Shown in pieces: positions 1 through 9,437 of a stretch of 64,000 nt of DNA. The notes beneath the pieces were generated by a model. The model was given only the letters and a program-made list of their open reading frames with translations, was not told the origin of the DNA and did not search any database. Made by a program: the position numbers and the translations under genes. The first letter of the stretch is position 1. Each line of letters starts with the position of its first letter. The stretch comes from Deltaproteobacteria bacterium (GTDB lineage Bacteria > Desulfobacterota > Binatia > UTPRO1): NCBI GenBank assembly GCA_020848745.1, contig JADLHM010000110.1, positions 12,688 through 76,687 of the forward strand, in the 5' to 3' direction.

Positions 1-218
1 GATCTCATCGAGGCGGCGGCGCGGCGCGAGCCCGAAGACCCCTTCGGAGCCGTGCGCCGTGCCGTCGGGGTCACGGCTCCGTGATGCGAATGACGCCGCC
101 GACCTCCGCGACGTCGTCCTGCCCGACGGCGGCGGGACGGGCGGCGGTCGCGCGCGGTCTTGACTTGGCGGCGGCCTTGGCCGACTCAACCGGCGACATT
201 TCCGCGGGAGGTGCGAGC

Positions 219-1070
219 ATGGCGATCTCGAAGGCGGTACTCATCACGGGATGCTCGACCGGCATCGGGCGGGCGACGGCGCTCCGGCTGGCCAGGGCGG
301 GGCACACCGTCTACGCGAGCGCCCGCAAGCTCGACGCGATCCAGGATCTCGCCGCCGCGGGCTGCACGCTCCTGGCGCTCGATGTCTGCGACGAGGCCTC
401 GATTCGCGCCGCCGTCGCCCGCGTGGAGGCCGAGCAGGGCGCCGTCGGCGTGCTCGTGAACAACGCCGGCTACGGCTCGGAGGGGCCGATCGAGGAAGTG
501 CCGATGAGCGAGGTGCGCCGGCAGTTCGAGACCAATGTTTTCGGGCTCGTCCAGCTCACCAAGCTCGCGCTTCCCGGCATGCGCCGGCAGCGCTGGGGAA
601 AGGTCGTGAATCTGAGCTCGATGGGCGGGCGTCTGACGCTCCCGGGCGGCGGCTTCTACCACGCCACCAAGTACGCGGTGGAGGCGATCAGCGACGCGCT
701 CCGCTTCGAGGTGCGGGGCTTCGGCATCGACGTGGTGATCATCGAACCCGGACCCATCAAGACCGAATTCGGCGACACCGCGATCGCGCGCGTCGCCGCG
801 CTCGGCGGTCCGGCGTCGCCCTACCGGGAGTTCCTGAACGTCCTGCAACGGCAGATCCACGACGCCTACGAGGGCCCGATGGGTCGGCTCGCCGCCGACG
901 CGGATGCGGTCGCGAAGTCGATCGAGGCGGCGATCACCGCCTCGCGCCCGAAGACGCGCTACGTGATCACGGCGGCCGCGCACGTGATGATGGGCCTGCG
1001 GCGTTGGCTCGGCGACCGTGGCTGGGACGCCGTCATGCGGACGCAGTTCCCGCAACCCAAGGGCATGTGA
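219..1070 (+). CDS. SDR family NAD(P)-dependent oxidoreductase
   Basis: ORF 81..1070 trimmed to the ATG at 219 with GGGAGG 9 nt upstream. N-terminal TGCSTGIGRA Rossmann motif, NNAG, and the YxxxK catalytic pair of short-chain dehydrogenases. Confidence 0.8.
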   Translation: MAISKAVLITGCSTGIGRATALRLARAGHTVYASARKLDAIQDLAAAGCTLLALDVCDEASIRAAVARVEAEQGAVGVLVNNAGYGSEGPIEEVPMSEVRRQFETNVFGLVQLTKLALPGMRRQRWGKVVNLSSMGGRLTLPGGGFYHATKYAVEAISDALRFEVRGFGIDVVIIEPGPIKTEFGDTAIARVAALGGPASPYREFLNVLQRQIHDAYEGPMGRLAADADAVAKSIEAAITASRPKTRYVITAAAHVMMGLRRWLGDRGWDAVMRTQFPQPKGM

Positions 1071-1071
1071 C

Positions 1072-1881
1072 GTGAGCGCCGGAGTCCGTCGCTTCGACGA
1101 CCGCGTCGCCCTCGTCACCGGCGCCGCGAGCGGCATCGGGCGCGCGACCGCGGTGCTGCTCGCGCGCGAGGGCGCCAAGGTCGCGGTCGTCGACCGCGAC
1201 GCGGACGGCGCCGAAGCGACGACGCGGATCGTCCGCGCTGCCGGAGGCGTCGGCGCGCCGTTCCCGTGCGACGTCGCCAGGAGCGCGGAGGTCGACGCCA
1301 CGGTCGCCGCGATCGCCGCGGCGTTCGGCCCGGTCGACGTGCTCGTGAACGTCGCCGGCATCGGCGACACCGCCGGGCTCGACGGCGTCGCGGGCGTCGG
1401 CGACGAGCGTTGGAACGCGGTCCTCGCGGTGAATCTCAGCGGGCCGTTCTACCTGAGCCGCGCCGTGCTGCCGGCGATGGCGGCGCGCGGGAAGGGCGCG
1501 ATCGTGAACGTCTCCTCGCTCGCGGGCCGATCGAAGAGCGCCATGGGCGGCTACGCCTATTCGTCGAGCAAGGCGGGACTCCTCGGCCTCACGCGCCACC
1601 TCGCCTTCGACTACGGGCCGAAGGGGGTGCGGGTGAACGCGATCTGTCCCGGTGGCGTCGATACGCCGATGCTGCGCGCGGCGAGCGTCGCCGCCGCGCG
1701 CTCGGAGGAGGAGCAGGCCGCCCGCGCCGCCCGCATGGCGGCGTATCAGTTCTTCATGCCGATCAAGCGCGTGTCGCAGCCCGAGGAGCAAGCCGCGGCG
1801 ATCGCGTTCCTCGCGAGCGACGACGCGAGCTACGTGAACGGCGTTTCGCTCGACGTGAACGGCGGCCTGTTCATGGCCTGA
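1072..1881 (+). CDS. SDR family oxidoreductase (3-oxoacyl-ACP reductase-like)
   Basis: In-frame GTG right after the upstream stop. VTGAASGIGRA motif, NVAG, YSSSKAG active-site region. Probably co-transcribed with the first SDR. Confidence 0.8.
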   Translation: MSAGVRRFDDRVALVTGAASGIGRATAVLLAREGAKVAVVDRDADGAEATTRIVRAAGGVGAPFPCDVARSAEVDATVAAIAAAFGPVDVLVNVAGIGDTAGLDGVAGVGDERWNAVLAVNLSGPFYLSRAVLPAMAARGKGAIVNVSSLAGRSKSAMGGYAYSSSKAGLLGLTRHLAFDYGPKGVRVNAICPGGVDTPMLRAASVAAARSEEEQAARAARMAAYQFFMPIKRVSQPEEQAAAIAFLASDDASYVNGVSLDVNGGLFMA

Positions 1882-1896
1882 GCGGCGGGCGCGGCG

Positions 1897-3594
1897 TCAG
1901 GCGCGGAGGTGGGCGAGGCTCCGGAGCGCCGAGCGCCGGCCGAGCGCCCACGCCGTCGCCGTCAACGCGGTGACCGCTCCGAAGGAGATCGCGATGGCGG
2001 CGGTCTCGCCGGTGCCGATCGGCGCGGCGGCGAAGCGCGACCAGAAGAGACGCGAGACGGGCCAGGCCTCGAGGGCGATGACGGCGAAGATGAGGCCGAG
2101 GCAGGTGACCATGTAGACGAGGCCGCCGAAGCCGGTCGCGATCTGCGCGGCGTTCTGCGTGTCGACCCGCGGGTAGGCGGCGCCGAAGGCGAGGCCGAGG
2201 CTCACGATCGCCGCGATGACCAGCAGCAGGGTCGCCATGAAGACGAGCGTGAGACCGGACGTCACGCCGAGGAGCCGTCCGGTGACGACGATCAGGACCT
2301 CCCCGAGGACGGCGAGCGGCAGGAACCCGAGCCAGAACTTCCCCCACCAGATGCTGGTGAGCGGGATCGGCGCGGTGCGAATGGCCCACCACGAGCGACC
2401 CTCCAGGCTGATCGCCGGGAACACGAACCGGACGGCGACGGAGGCCGTGACGAAGGCGGCGAGCCCGAGATTCGCGAACGCGACGATCTCGCGCAGCGTG
2501 CCGGCGAGCGGACTGCCGTCGTCGATCGGCAGCGCCGAGAAGTTGTAGACGTACACCACGACGAGCGCGAGCAGCAGTAGGAGCTGCGACCATTGGCTCG
2601 CGTCGCGGAAGAAGATCGTCGCGTCCTTCACGAAGAGGAGCCCGGTCGTGTGCGGGAGGGGGCGGGCGACGACGTCGAGCCAGCGGCCGAGCATCCGGGC
2701 GCTCCGCGGGCGCTCCCGTCCCTCCTGCGCGCGCGACCAGGCCGTGAGCAGTACGCGCTCGACGAAGAGGCCGCACGCGAGGACGAGGACGGCGGCGGTG
2801 GAGGCGAGGAGCGCGAGGTGGAAGAGCGGCTCGCGCGGCTCGTCGCCGAGAAACGCGAGCAGGACGTTCGCGGCCCAGGTGGTCGGCAAGTAGGGTGACG
2901 CCGGCGCTTCGAAAGCGGCGAGGAACGCGGCGAAGCCGGCGAGCTCGGACGGGCTCGCCAGCCGCTCGGGGCGCGCCAGGCGAAGGGCGAGATAGCCGCC
3001 CGCGATGAGCGCGACGCTCAGGACGACCAGCACGTCGCGCATGCGGCGCGCCGGGAAGACGAGGACGAGCACCGTCGTCAGCGCCACGCCGAGCGCCGCC
3101 GGGATCACGAGGAAGGGAACGACGGTCGCGAGGGTCGCGACGTAGTAGAGCGGGCCGGCGTGGAAGACGACGCCGTAGGCGAGAAAGACGGGCAGCCCGA
3201 AGAGCAGGACCATCCACGACGACGCGACCAGCGTCTCGACGAAGCGCGCCTGGTGGAGGCGTCGGCGCGGGATCGGCGCGACGAGGAGGAAGCGGACGTC
3301 GGCCGAGAGGTAGTAGGTGGTGAGGGCGGTCACGACGTTCGAGATCAGCAGGATCGCGAAGAAGCTCACGAACAGCATCACGAGCAGGCGCTGGGTCAGC
3401 ACCGGCCCGAGCGCCGTGATGGTCTGGAAGAAGCGCAGCGTGTGCGCGAACAGGAAGTAGCAGCCGACCCAGAACGCCGCGGTGAGGACGGCCAACGTCC
3501 AGGCGCGGGCCGGGCGCCGACGGAGCGCGTTCCGCGTGGCGAGCACGCGTGGCGCGAGCAGCGTCGCAAGCGGAGCAGCGCCGGCGTCGTTCAC
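1897..3594 (-). CDS. ABC transporter permease, large polytopic membrane protein
   Basis: 565-aa ORF dominated by hydrophobic helices. GTG start overlaps the ATPase stop (GTGA) on the minus strand, indicating translational coupling with the ABC ATPase. Confidence 0.6.
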   Translation of the reverse strand: MNDAGAAPLATLLAPRVLATRNALRRRPARAWTLAVLTAAFWVGCYFLFAHTLRFFQTITALGPVLTQRLLVMLFVSFFAILLISNVVTALTTYYLSADVRFLLVAPIPRRRLHQARFVETLVASSWMVLLFGLPVFLAYGVVFHAGPLYYVATLATVVPFLVIPAALGVALTTVLVLVFPARRMRDVLVVLSVALIAGGYLALRLARPERLASPSELAGFAAFLAAFEAPASPYLPTTWAANVLLAFLGDEPREPLFHLALLASTAAVLVLACGLFVERVLLTAWSRAQEGRERPRSARMLGRWLDVVARPLPHTTGLLFVKDATIFFRDASQWSQLLLLLALVVVYVYNFSALPIDDGSPLAGTLREIVAFANLGLAAFVTASVAVRFVFPAISLEGRSWWAIRTAPIPLTSIWWGKFWLGFLPLAVLGEVLIVVTGRLLGVTSGLTLVFMATLLLVIAAIVSLGLAFGAAYPRVDTQNAAQIATGFGGLVYMVTCLGLIFAVIALEAWPVSRLFWSRFAAAPIGTGETAAIAISFGAVTALTATAWALGRRSALRSLAHLRA

Positions 3595-4343
3595 GCGCGG
3601 CGATCCTCGGTGCCGGTGAGCGAGAGGAACACGGATTCGAGCGAGTCGCTGCGCACGAGGTCGGGGATCTCGCTCGCGTGGGCGCGCAGCTCGGCGAGCG
3701 TGCCCTGGGCGATCAGCCGGCCGTGGTCGAGGATGCCGATGCGGTCGCAGAGCTCCTCGGCGACCGGCAGGCTGTGGGTCGAGAGGAAGATCGTCACGCC
3801 GCTCGCGGCGAGGCCGCCGAGCAGCTGGCGGAGCGCGAGCGCGCCCTGCGGGTCCATCCCGACCATGGGCTCGTCGAGGACGAGGATGCGCGGGCGGTGT
3901 ACGAGCGCGGCGGCCAGCGCCAGGCGTTGCTTCATGCCGTGCGAGTACGTCTCGATCAGCTCCTCCGCGCGGTCGACCAGCCCGAACTCCTCGAGCAGGT
4001 CGACGCTCCGATGGGCGATCTCCGCGCGGTCGACCCGGTACAGGCCGCCGATGAAGCGCAGGAGCTCCATGGCGGTCAGCTTGTCGTAGAGGAACGGCTG
4101 ATCGGGCACGTAGCCGAGGAGTGCCTTCGCGGCCTCGGGCTCGCGGGCGAGGTCGTGGCCGCCGAGCACCACCTGACCGCCGCTCGGCTCGAGCAGTCCC
4201 ACCATCATGCGGATGGTCGTCGTCTTGCCGGCGCCGTTCGGTCCGAGGAAGCCGAAAACCTCCCCGGGCGCGATCTCGAGGTCGAGGTCGTGCACGGCGA
4301 CGAGTTCACCGTACTGCTTGCGGAGCGTGATGCACTGGATCAT
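3591..4343 (-). CDS. ABC transporter ATP-binding protein
   Basis: C-terminal 250 aa of ORF 3591..6098. Walker A GPNGAGKTT, ABC signature YSHGMKQR, Walker B ILVLDEP. ATG at 4343 with GGAGG upstream. The extended ORF is a GC artefact. Confidence 0.85.
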   Translation of the reverse strand: MIQCITLRKQYGELVAVHDLDLEIAPGEVFGFLGPNGAGKTTTIRMMVGLLEPSGGQVVLGGHDLAREPEAAKALLGYVPDQPFLYDKLTAMELLRFIGGLYRVDRAEIAHRSVDLLEEFGLVDRAEELIETYSHGMKQRLALAAALVHRPRILVLDEPMVGMDPQGALALRQLLGGLAASGVTIFLSTHSLPVAEELCDRIGILDHGRLIAQGTLAELRAHASEIPDLVRSDSLESVFLSLTGTEDRRA

Positions 4344-5797
4344 TCCGGCGTCTCCTCCACCACCACGAACGCGAGCCGGCCGATCACGTTCATGAGCGTC
4401 ATCTGCCGTTCGAGTCCGCCTTCGATCAACTTCACGTGCGTGGCGTCGGCGGGCAGCTGATCGAAGACCGCGTCCGCGCTCACCCAGGCGCCGACCCACA
4501 ATTCGTTCCAGGCGTGATAGTAGAAACCGTCGTTCGCGTACACCGCTCCGGCGACCACGCGCGCGGGGATGCCCGCCGCGCGGGCGAGGGCGGCGAGCAG
4601 CACGGCGTGCTCGTTGCAGTCGCCCCGGCGGCTCGCGAGCACCTCGCGCGCGCTCGGGACGGTGACGCTCGGGGTCTTCTCGATCGCCGCGTGGACCCAA
4701 TGGAGGAGGCGCTCGGCGGCGGTGCGCGCGTCGGCCGCGTCGCCGAGCGCGTCCGCGGCGGCGGCCCGGATCGCGGGATCGTCGGCCTCGACGAAGGGGC
4801 CGGCGGCGAGCACCTCGTGTCCGAGGTCGGCGGGGACGTCCCCGAGCCGCGGCCGCGCGTCCGGGAGCGGCTCCCGTGTGATCGTGAGGAGGTCCGCCGC
4901 CCAGCGCTGGCGCGGAGGGTCGCTCGGGATCGCGGCGGCGCCCGCGCCTCGCACCCGCAGCGTCAGCCGCATGGCGGACCGCGGATCGGCGATCGCGCCG
5001 TCGAGGGGGATGGCGCTGGCGGCGACGAGGTCGAGCGGCGCCGCCTCGTCGGGCGCCGCGAGCGCGGTATCGCGCGGCTCGCGTTCGAGCGTGAATCCGA
5101 GCAGGGCCTCCTCGCGGACGACGTTGCCGTCGCCGTCGATCCAGGCGCGCGTCTTCACGCTCTGGTGCTCCTCGGCGAGCCGCAGCGTCTCGACGACGCC
5201 CGCCCGGGTGGCGAGCCGTTCGCGCGCCTCGACCATCACGACCATCGGCTCGGCGCGCGCGGTGAGCGGGTTGAAGACCGGAACCCGATAGCGGGCGCCC
5301 GGTTCCGGGCGATCGGCGAGGACGCGCGGGCGGAGCGTGCTCGGCAGCGCGATCGGCTCGCTGAGCGGCAGGACGAGGTCCGTCTCCCGGCCTTGCGGTC
5401 CATACCGGGCGCGGAGCGTGCGGTCGTCGCTGGTGCCGCTCGCGGTGAAGGTCGCGGCCGGTGTGACCAACGTGTACCCGAAGGTGCGCAGCGCGAAAGC
5501 CGGGTCGGTCTCGGCGCGGAGCGTGCTTTCGAGGCTCTGGCGCGTGCCGAGCATCGCGAGCGTGATGCGCGATTCCTCCGTGAAGACGTAGCCGGTGTCG
5601 CGGCGCGCGACCGCGCGGTGCGCCCAACCGATCTTGCGTCCGTCCTTGTAGAGGCCGAACCACTCGTCGCGGGCGGCGAGGTCGGTCAAGGGCGGCGGCG
5701 TGACGGCGGTCGGATCCGGGGCCGCGTGCTTGCGCACGAGCGTCGCGATCAGTACCACCCACGACGCCACGACGGCGAGGGCGAGCACGCGTCTCAT
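4340..5797 (-). CDS. transglutaminase-like domain protein with N-terminal signal/anchor
   Basis: 485-aa ORF with a hydrophobic N-terminus. C-terminal GDCNEHAVL...YYHAWNE Cys/His core typical of transglutaminase-like cysteine proteases. Stop overlaps the ABC ATPase start (ATGA). Confidence 0.7.
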   Translation of the reverse strand: MRRVLALAVVASWVVLIATLVRKHAAPDPTAVTPPPLTDLAARDEWFGLYKDGRKIGWAHRAVARRDTGYVFTEESRITLAMLGTRQSLESTLRAETDPAFALRTFGYTLVTPAATFTASGTSDDRTLRARYGPQGRETDLVLPLSEPIALPSTLRPRVLADRPEPGARYRVPVFNPLTARAEPMVVMVEARERLATRAGVVETLRLAEEHQSVKTRAWIDGDGNVVREEALLGFTLEREPRDTALAAPDEAAPLDLVAASAIPLDGAIADPRSAMRLTLRVRGAGAAAIPSDPPRQRWAADLLTITREPLPDARPRLGDVPADLGHEVLAAGPFVEADDPAIRAAAADALGDAADARTAAERLLHWVHAAIEKTPSVTVPSAREVLASRRGDCNEHAVLLAALARAAGIPARVVAGAVYANDGFYYHAWNELWVGAWVSADAVFDQLPADATHVKLIEGGLERQMTLMNVIGRLAFVVVEETPE

Positions 5798-5930
5798 CGA
5801 GCGACGGATCCCCGGTCGTACTGGAACTCGGGCGGCGATTCAATTCACCGTCCCCTCCGGGGAAGGCGCCGGCGCGTTGCGCGGGCGGCCGCGTTGCCGG
5901 CGCGCGCCGCGCGGGTGTAGGACACCTCGC

Positions 5931-6194
5931 ATGGCGTCCGCCGTCGACCCGAGCGGGTTCCCGATCGTGCGCTGCGCGACCTGCGTCGCCGAAGTGCTCG
6001 GGTGGCTCGACCTCGACCGCGACGACCGGACGGTCGTGCGCTGCGTCGTCTGCTCGGCGATCGCCGATGCCGCGGCGGTCCGCTTCGGCGATCTGCACGC
6101 GATCGAGGCGCTCGGGTTCGGGTTCGTGCCGCCCGAGGCGGGGTGCGGACGGCCCGACTGCGGCCGTGGCCGCTGCGGCCGCTCCGACGGCTGA
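5931..6194 (+). CDS. hypothetical small Cys-rich (zinc-ribbon-like) protein
   Basis: ATG at 5931 within ORF 5700..6194. Two CxxC pairs (CATC, CVVC) plus a C-terminal CGRPDCGRGRC. No recognisable family. Confidence 0.3.
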   Translation: MASAVDPSGFPIVRCATCVAEVLGWLDLDRDDRTVVRCVVCSAIADAAAVRFGDLHAIEALGFGFVPPEAGCGRPDCGRGRCGRSDG

Positions 6195-6644
6195 TCAGGC
6201 CAGCCCCAGCTGGCGCCGCGCTTCGTAGAGGACGATCGCGACGGCGTTCGCGAGGTTCAGGCTCCGCACGTTGGGGTTCGCGATTGGGATTGCGTAGAGC
6301 TCGGCGGCGAGCTCGTCCCGGATCGCCGCCGGGAGGCCGCGCGTCTCGCACCCGAAGACGAGGACGTCGCCGGGCGCGTACGCGACGCTCGTATATGGCC
6401 GGGTCGCGCGCGCCGAGAAGCCGAGGCGGCGCCCCGGGACCGCCGCCGTGAAGGCGGCCCAGTCGGCGTGCCGGCGCACGTCGACCCACGGCCAGTAGTC
6501 GAGGCCCGCCCGCTTCAGGTGCTTGTCGTCGATCGAGAAGCCGAGCGTGCCGATCAGGTGGAGCGGAGTGCCGGTCGCGGCGCACAGGCGCGCGATCGAG
6601 CCGGTGTTGGGCGGGATCTCGGGCTCGACGAGGGCGACGTGCAT
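6195..6644 (-). CDS. trmL: tRNA (cytidine/uridine-2'-O)-methyltransferase TrmL (SpoU family)
   Basis: 149-aa product starting MHVALVEPEIPPNTGSIARLC. SPOUT-class motifs match TrmL. Start trimmed from ORF 6195..6806. Confidence 0.8.
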   Translation of the reverse strand: MHVALVEPEIPPNTGSIARLCAATGTPLHLIGTLGFSIDDKHLKRAGLDYWPWVDVRRHADWAAFTAAVPGRRLGFSARATRPYTSVAYAPGDVLVFGCETRGLPAAIRDELAAELYAIPIANPNVRSLNLANAVAIVLYEARRQLGLA

Positions 6645-6666
6645 GGGGGCCGAATGGGGGGTGGCG

Positions 6667-7140
6667 TTACTCGCTGTCGTGCGTGGCGGACCGGATCTCG
6701 TGGTCGCGTCCGCCGGCGGCGAGCACGAAGCGGCCGTCGCGCTCCGCGATCGCCGGCGCGAGTTGGTAGTACGCGGGCCGCAAGAAGCGGCCACGGTACC
6801 GCCCATCCTTCACGCGCGTGTAGAGCACGTTGCCGTCGCCGACGGTGAGGCTCGCGGGGTCGAGCCGCTCCTCGCTGTCGTCGTTCAGACGAATCGTGAA
6901 GCCGCGCGCCGCGTCGCCGCCGACGCTCGTCACGACCCAGGGCGTGTCGTGGATCTCGACGAACGCGCGCTCGTCCGCCATCGCGATCTGCCAGCGCCCG
7001 TCGTCGGCCTGGCGCAGGCACTTGCTGAAGAGCTTGGCGATGCGCGCGTTGTTGATGGGCTCGTCGTCCGCGTACCAGCGCCCGTCGCCGCGGAAGCTGA
7101 TCGTACCCGAGGACACCGCCCAGAAGCCGGCTTGCGCCAT
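6667..7140 (-). CDS. DUF1285 family protein
   Basis: 157-aa product from the ATG at 7140 (MAQAGFWAV...). Conserved DGRW and WVVTS stretches as in the DUF1285 family. Confidence 0.55.
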   Translation of the reverse strand: MAQAGFWAVSSGTISFRGDGRWYADDEPINNARIAKLFSKCLRQADDGRWQIAMADERAFVEIHDTPWVVTSVGGDAARGFTIRLNDDSEERLDPASLTVGDGNVLYTRVKDGRYRGRFLRPAYYQLAPAIAERDGRFVLAAGGRDHEIRSATHDSE

Positions 7141-7286
7141 GGGCGGACGTGTAGCACATCCGGCGCGCCGACCGCAGGAGGCGACGCGAACGACATGACC
7201 GCCACGGATGCGGACGTCTCGGGCCATGACTTCGGCTGGGCTTCGGGCCGGCTTGAAGCGCTCCTACTACAGTAGTAGGGTTTGGT

Positions 7287-7562
7287 ATGCCTCGTGGCGC
7301 GCCCGCCGTGAAGCTCGCGATCACCGTCGATCCCGATGTCCACGCTCGCGCGGCTCGCGCGGCCCGTCAGGACAAGGTCAGTTTGTCCGCATGGATGACC
7401 GAAGCCGCGCGACGGGCCCTGCGGATTCGCGATGGGCTCGGCGCCGTGGCCGAGTGGGAGAGGCAACACGGCCCGCTGACGGAGGAAGAGCTCGTCAGCG
7501 CTCGCCGTCGCCTCCTCGGCACGCCGCCGCGGCGACCGACCCGCCGCCGGCGCTCGCGATGA
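7287..7562 (+). CDS. vapB: type II antitoxin (VapB/ribbon-helix-helix-like)
   Basis: 91-aa Arg-rich small protein immediately upstream of a PIN-domain gene. Its stop overlaps the PIN gene start (ATGA). Confidence 0.6.
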   Translation: MPRGAPAVKLAITVDPDVHARAARAARQDKVSLSAWMTEAARRALRIRDGLGAVAEWERQHGPLTEEELVSARRRLLGTPPRRPTRRRRSR

Positions 7563-7939
7563 GGCCGGTCGTCTACGACGCGGGACCGCTGATCGCCGCG
7601 GAGCGGAACGATCGCCGGGTGTGGGCGGAGCACCGGGTGCGCCTCGAGGTGGGTATCGTGCCCCTCGTGCCGGCGCCGATCGTCGCCCAGGTGAGTCGAT
7701 CTCCGCGACAGGCGCAGCTCCGGCGGATGTTGCGCGGCTGTGAGGTCGTGCCGCTCGACGAATCCGGCTCCCATCGGGCCGGAGCCCTGATGGGGTCGGC
7801 TGGGACCAGCGACCTCGCGGACGCTGCGCTGGTGAGCCTTGCCATGACCCGTGGAGCCGACGTCGTCACCAGCGATCGTGACGACATCGAACGGCTGATG
7901 GCGAAGTCGCGCCGCCCGCTACGCATCGTCGACGTCTGA
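7559..7939 (+). CDS. vapC: PIN-domain toxin VapC
   Basis: 126-aa product MRPVVYDAGPLIAAE... with the N-terminal PIN acidic-residue pattern and C-terminal TSDRDD. In frame within ORF 7208..7939. Confidence 0.7.
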   Translation: MRPVVYDAGPLIAAERNDRRVWAEHRVRLEVGIVPLVPAPIVAQVSRSPRQAQLRRMLRGCEVVPLDESGSHRAGALMGSAGTSDLADAALVSLAMTRGADVVTSDRDDIERLMAKSRRPLRIVDV

Positions 7940-8056
7940 CGCGAGCGCCGCGGCCCTGCCGATCGGGATCTGATTTCCTGTGAGCGCTTCGCGATCCGGC
8001 CCCGGAGCGGCGGCCCGCCTCGCGCCGCGCGCCGACGTCGGCTATGGTCGCGCGTC

Positions 8057-8881
8057 GTGTACCCGGTCATCTTCTCGTTCGGCCCGCTCACCGTCTACAG
8101 CTTCGGCGTCATGCTGGCGATCGCGTTCCTGGTCTCCGGCAACGTCGTGCAGCGCGAGCTCGCGCGCAAGGGTATGGACCCCGAGCTCGCGTCCTCGTTC
8201 GTCGTGTGGGCGGCGGTGGGAGGGCTCGCCGGGTCGCGCGTGCTCTCCTTCGTCGACGACTGGGCGGGATTCGTCCGCGACCCGCTCGCCTTCGTGTTCA
8301 CCGGGGCCGGCTTCGTCTTCTACGGCGGATTGATCGGAGGCTTCCTCACCGTCTCGACGGTGATCTGGCGCCGCGGCCTCCCGTACTGGCGGGTGACCGA
8401 CTGCATCGCGCCCGCGCTCGCGATCGGGCAGGCGATCGGCCGCATCGGGTGTCAGCTCGCAGGCGACGGCGACTGGGGCGTGCCGACGACGCTGCCCTGG
8501 GGCATGAGCTTCCCGAACGCGATCATCGGCTGGGAGCAATGGACGCGTGAGAACGGCTTGCCGCTCGACGTCCGGGTCCATCCCGCGCCGGTCTACGAGA
8601 CGATGCTCTACGGCCTCGTGTTCCTCGTGCTGTGGCGGCGGCGCCTGACGCCCCATCCCGACGGCTACATCCTCTGGATGTACTTCTTCCTGAGCGGCGC
8701 GGCGCGCTTCCTGGTGGAGATCGTGCGCATCAACCCGCGATTCGCCTTCGGCCTCTCGGAGGCGCAGTTCATCAGCCTCGCGCTGATGGCGATCGGGGCG
8801 GTGCAGATCTGGCGCGGCTCCGGCGCGACGATGACGGGGGCGCCGGCGGCGAATCCGTCGGAAGGGCGGCGCGCGTCGTGA
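8057..8881 (+). CDS. lgt: prolipoprotein diacylglyceryl transferase
   Basis: 274-aa polytopic protein from a GTG start. Conserved Lgt blocks (YGLVFLVLW, GRIGCQLAGDG-like region). Confidence 0.85.
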   Translation: MYPVIFSFGPLTVYSFGVMLAIAFLVSGNVVQRELARKGMDPELASSFVVWAAVGGLAGSRVLSFVDDWAGFVRDPLAFVFTGAGFVFYGGLIGGFLTVSTVIWRRGLPYWRVTDCIAPALAIGQAIGRIGCQLAGDGDWGVPTTLPWGMSFPNAIIGWEQWTRENGLPLDVRVHPAPVYETMLYGLVFLVLWRRRLTPHPDGYILWMYFFLSGAARFLVEIVRINPRFAFGLSEAQFISLALMAIGAVQIWRGSGATMTGAPAANPSEGRRAS

Positions 8882-9432
8882 GCGCGGAGGCGATCTCGCG
8901 GCGCGCGGCGCTCCGCTGGCTCGCGCGCGGCGCCGTCGCGAGCGGCTTCGCGGCGGTCGGCGTCGGCTGCAAGCAGGACGGGGCGCTCGTCGGCCGATCG
9001 GCTCCCGAGTTCTCGCTCGCCGACCTCGAGGGCAACGCGGTCCGCCTCGCGAACCTCAAGGGGCGGGTCGTCTTCGTGAACGTGTGGGCGACCTGGTGCG
9101 AGCCATGCCGGCAGGAGATGCCGTCGATGCAGGCCCTCTACGCGACGCTCGCCGGACCGGACTTCGAGATGCTGGCGGTCAACAGCGACCAGTCGGAGCG
9201 GAGCGTCGTCGAGCGGTTCGTGCAGACGTATCGCCTCACGTTTCCGGTGCTGCCCGATCCCGACCTCCAGGTGGCGAGTCGTTATCGCGTGACCGGCTAT
9301 CCCGAGACCTTCGTGATCGACCGCAACGGTACGATCGTCGCGCACGAGATCGGGCCGCGGCACTGGGACGCGCCCGACAGCGTGGCCGCCTTTCGCGGCC
9401 TGATCGAGCGCGGCCAGTGGGCGGGACTGTAG
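8878..9432 (+). CDS. TlpA/ResA-like thiol-disulfide oxidoreductase lipoprotein
   Basis: GTG start overlaps the lgt stop (GTGA). RR motif plus lipobox (VGVGC). Thioredoxin fold with WCEPC active site. Confidence 0.75.
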   Translation: MSAEAISRRAALRWLARGAVASGFAAVGVGCKQDGALVGRSAPEFSLADLEGNAVRLANLKGRVVFVNVWATWCEPCRQEMPSMQALYATLAGPDFEMLAVNSDQSERSVVERFVQTYRLTFPVLPDPDLQVASRYRVTGYPETFVIDRNGTIVAHEIGPRHWDAPDSVAAFRGLIERGQWAGL

Positions 9433-9437
9433 CGTCT

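Noticed and set aside
186-1370. 394-aa minus-strand ORF antisense to the two SDR genes (similarly 251..1075 + and 1033..1791 -)
   Set aside because: Arg/Ala/Pro-rich low-complexity translation typical of alternative frames in high-GC DNA. The sense-strand SDR genes have clear motifs.
3591-6098. 835-aa ORF apparently fusing an N-terminal Arg-rich region to the ABC ATPase
   Set aside because: Only the C-terminal 250 aa have ABC motifs and a proper ATG plus GGAGG. The upstream part overlaps the in-frame-independent transglutaminase-like gene and is low-complexity.
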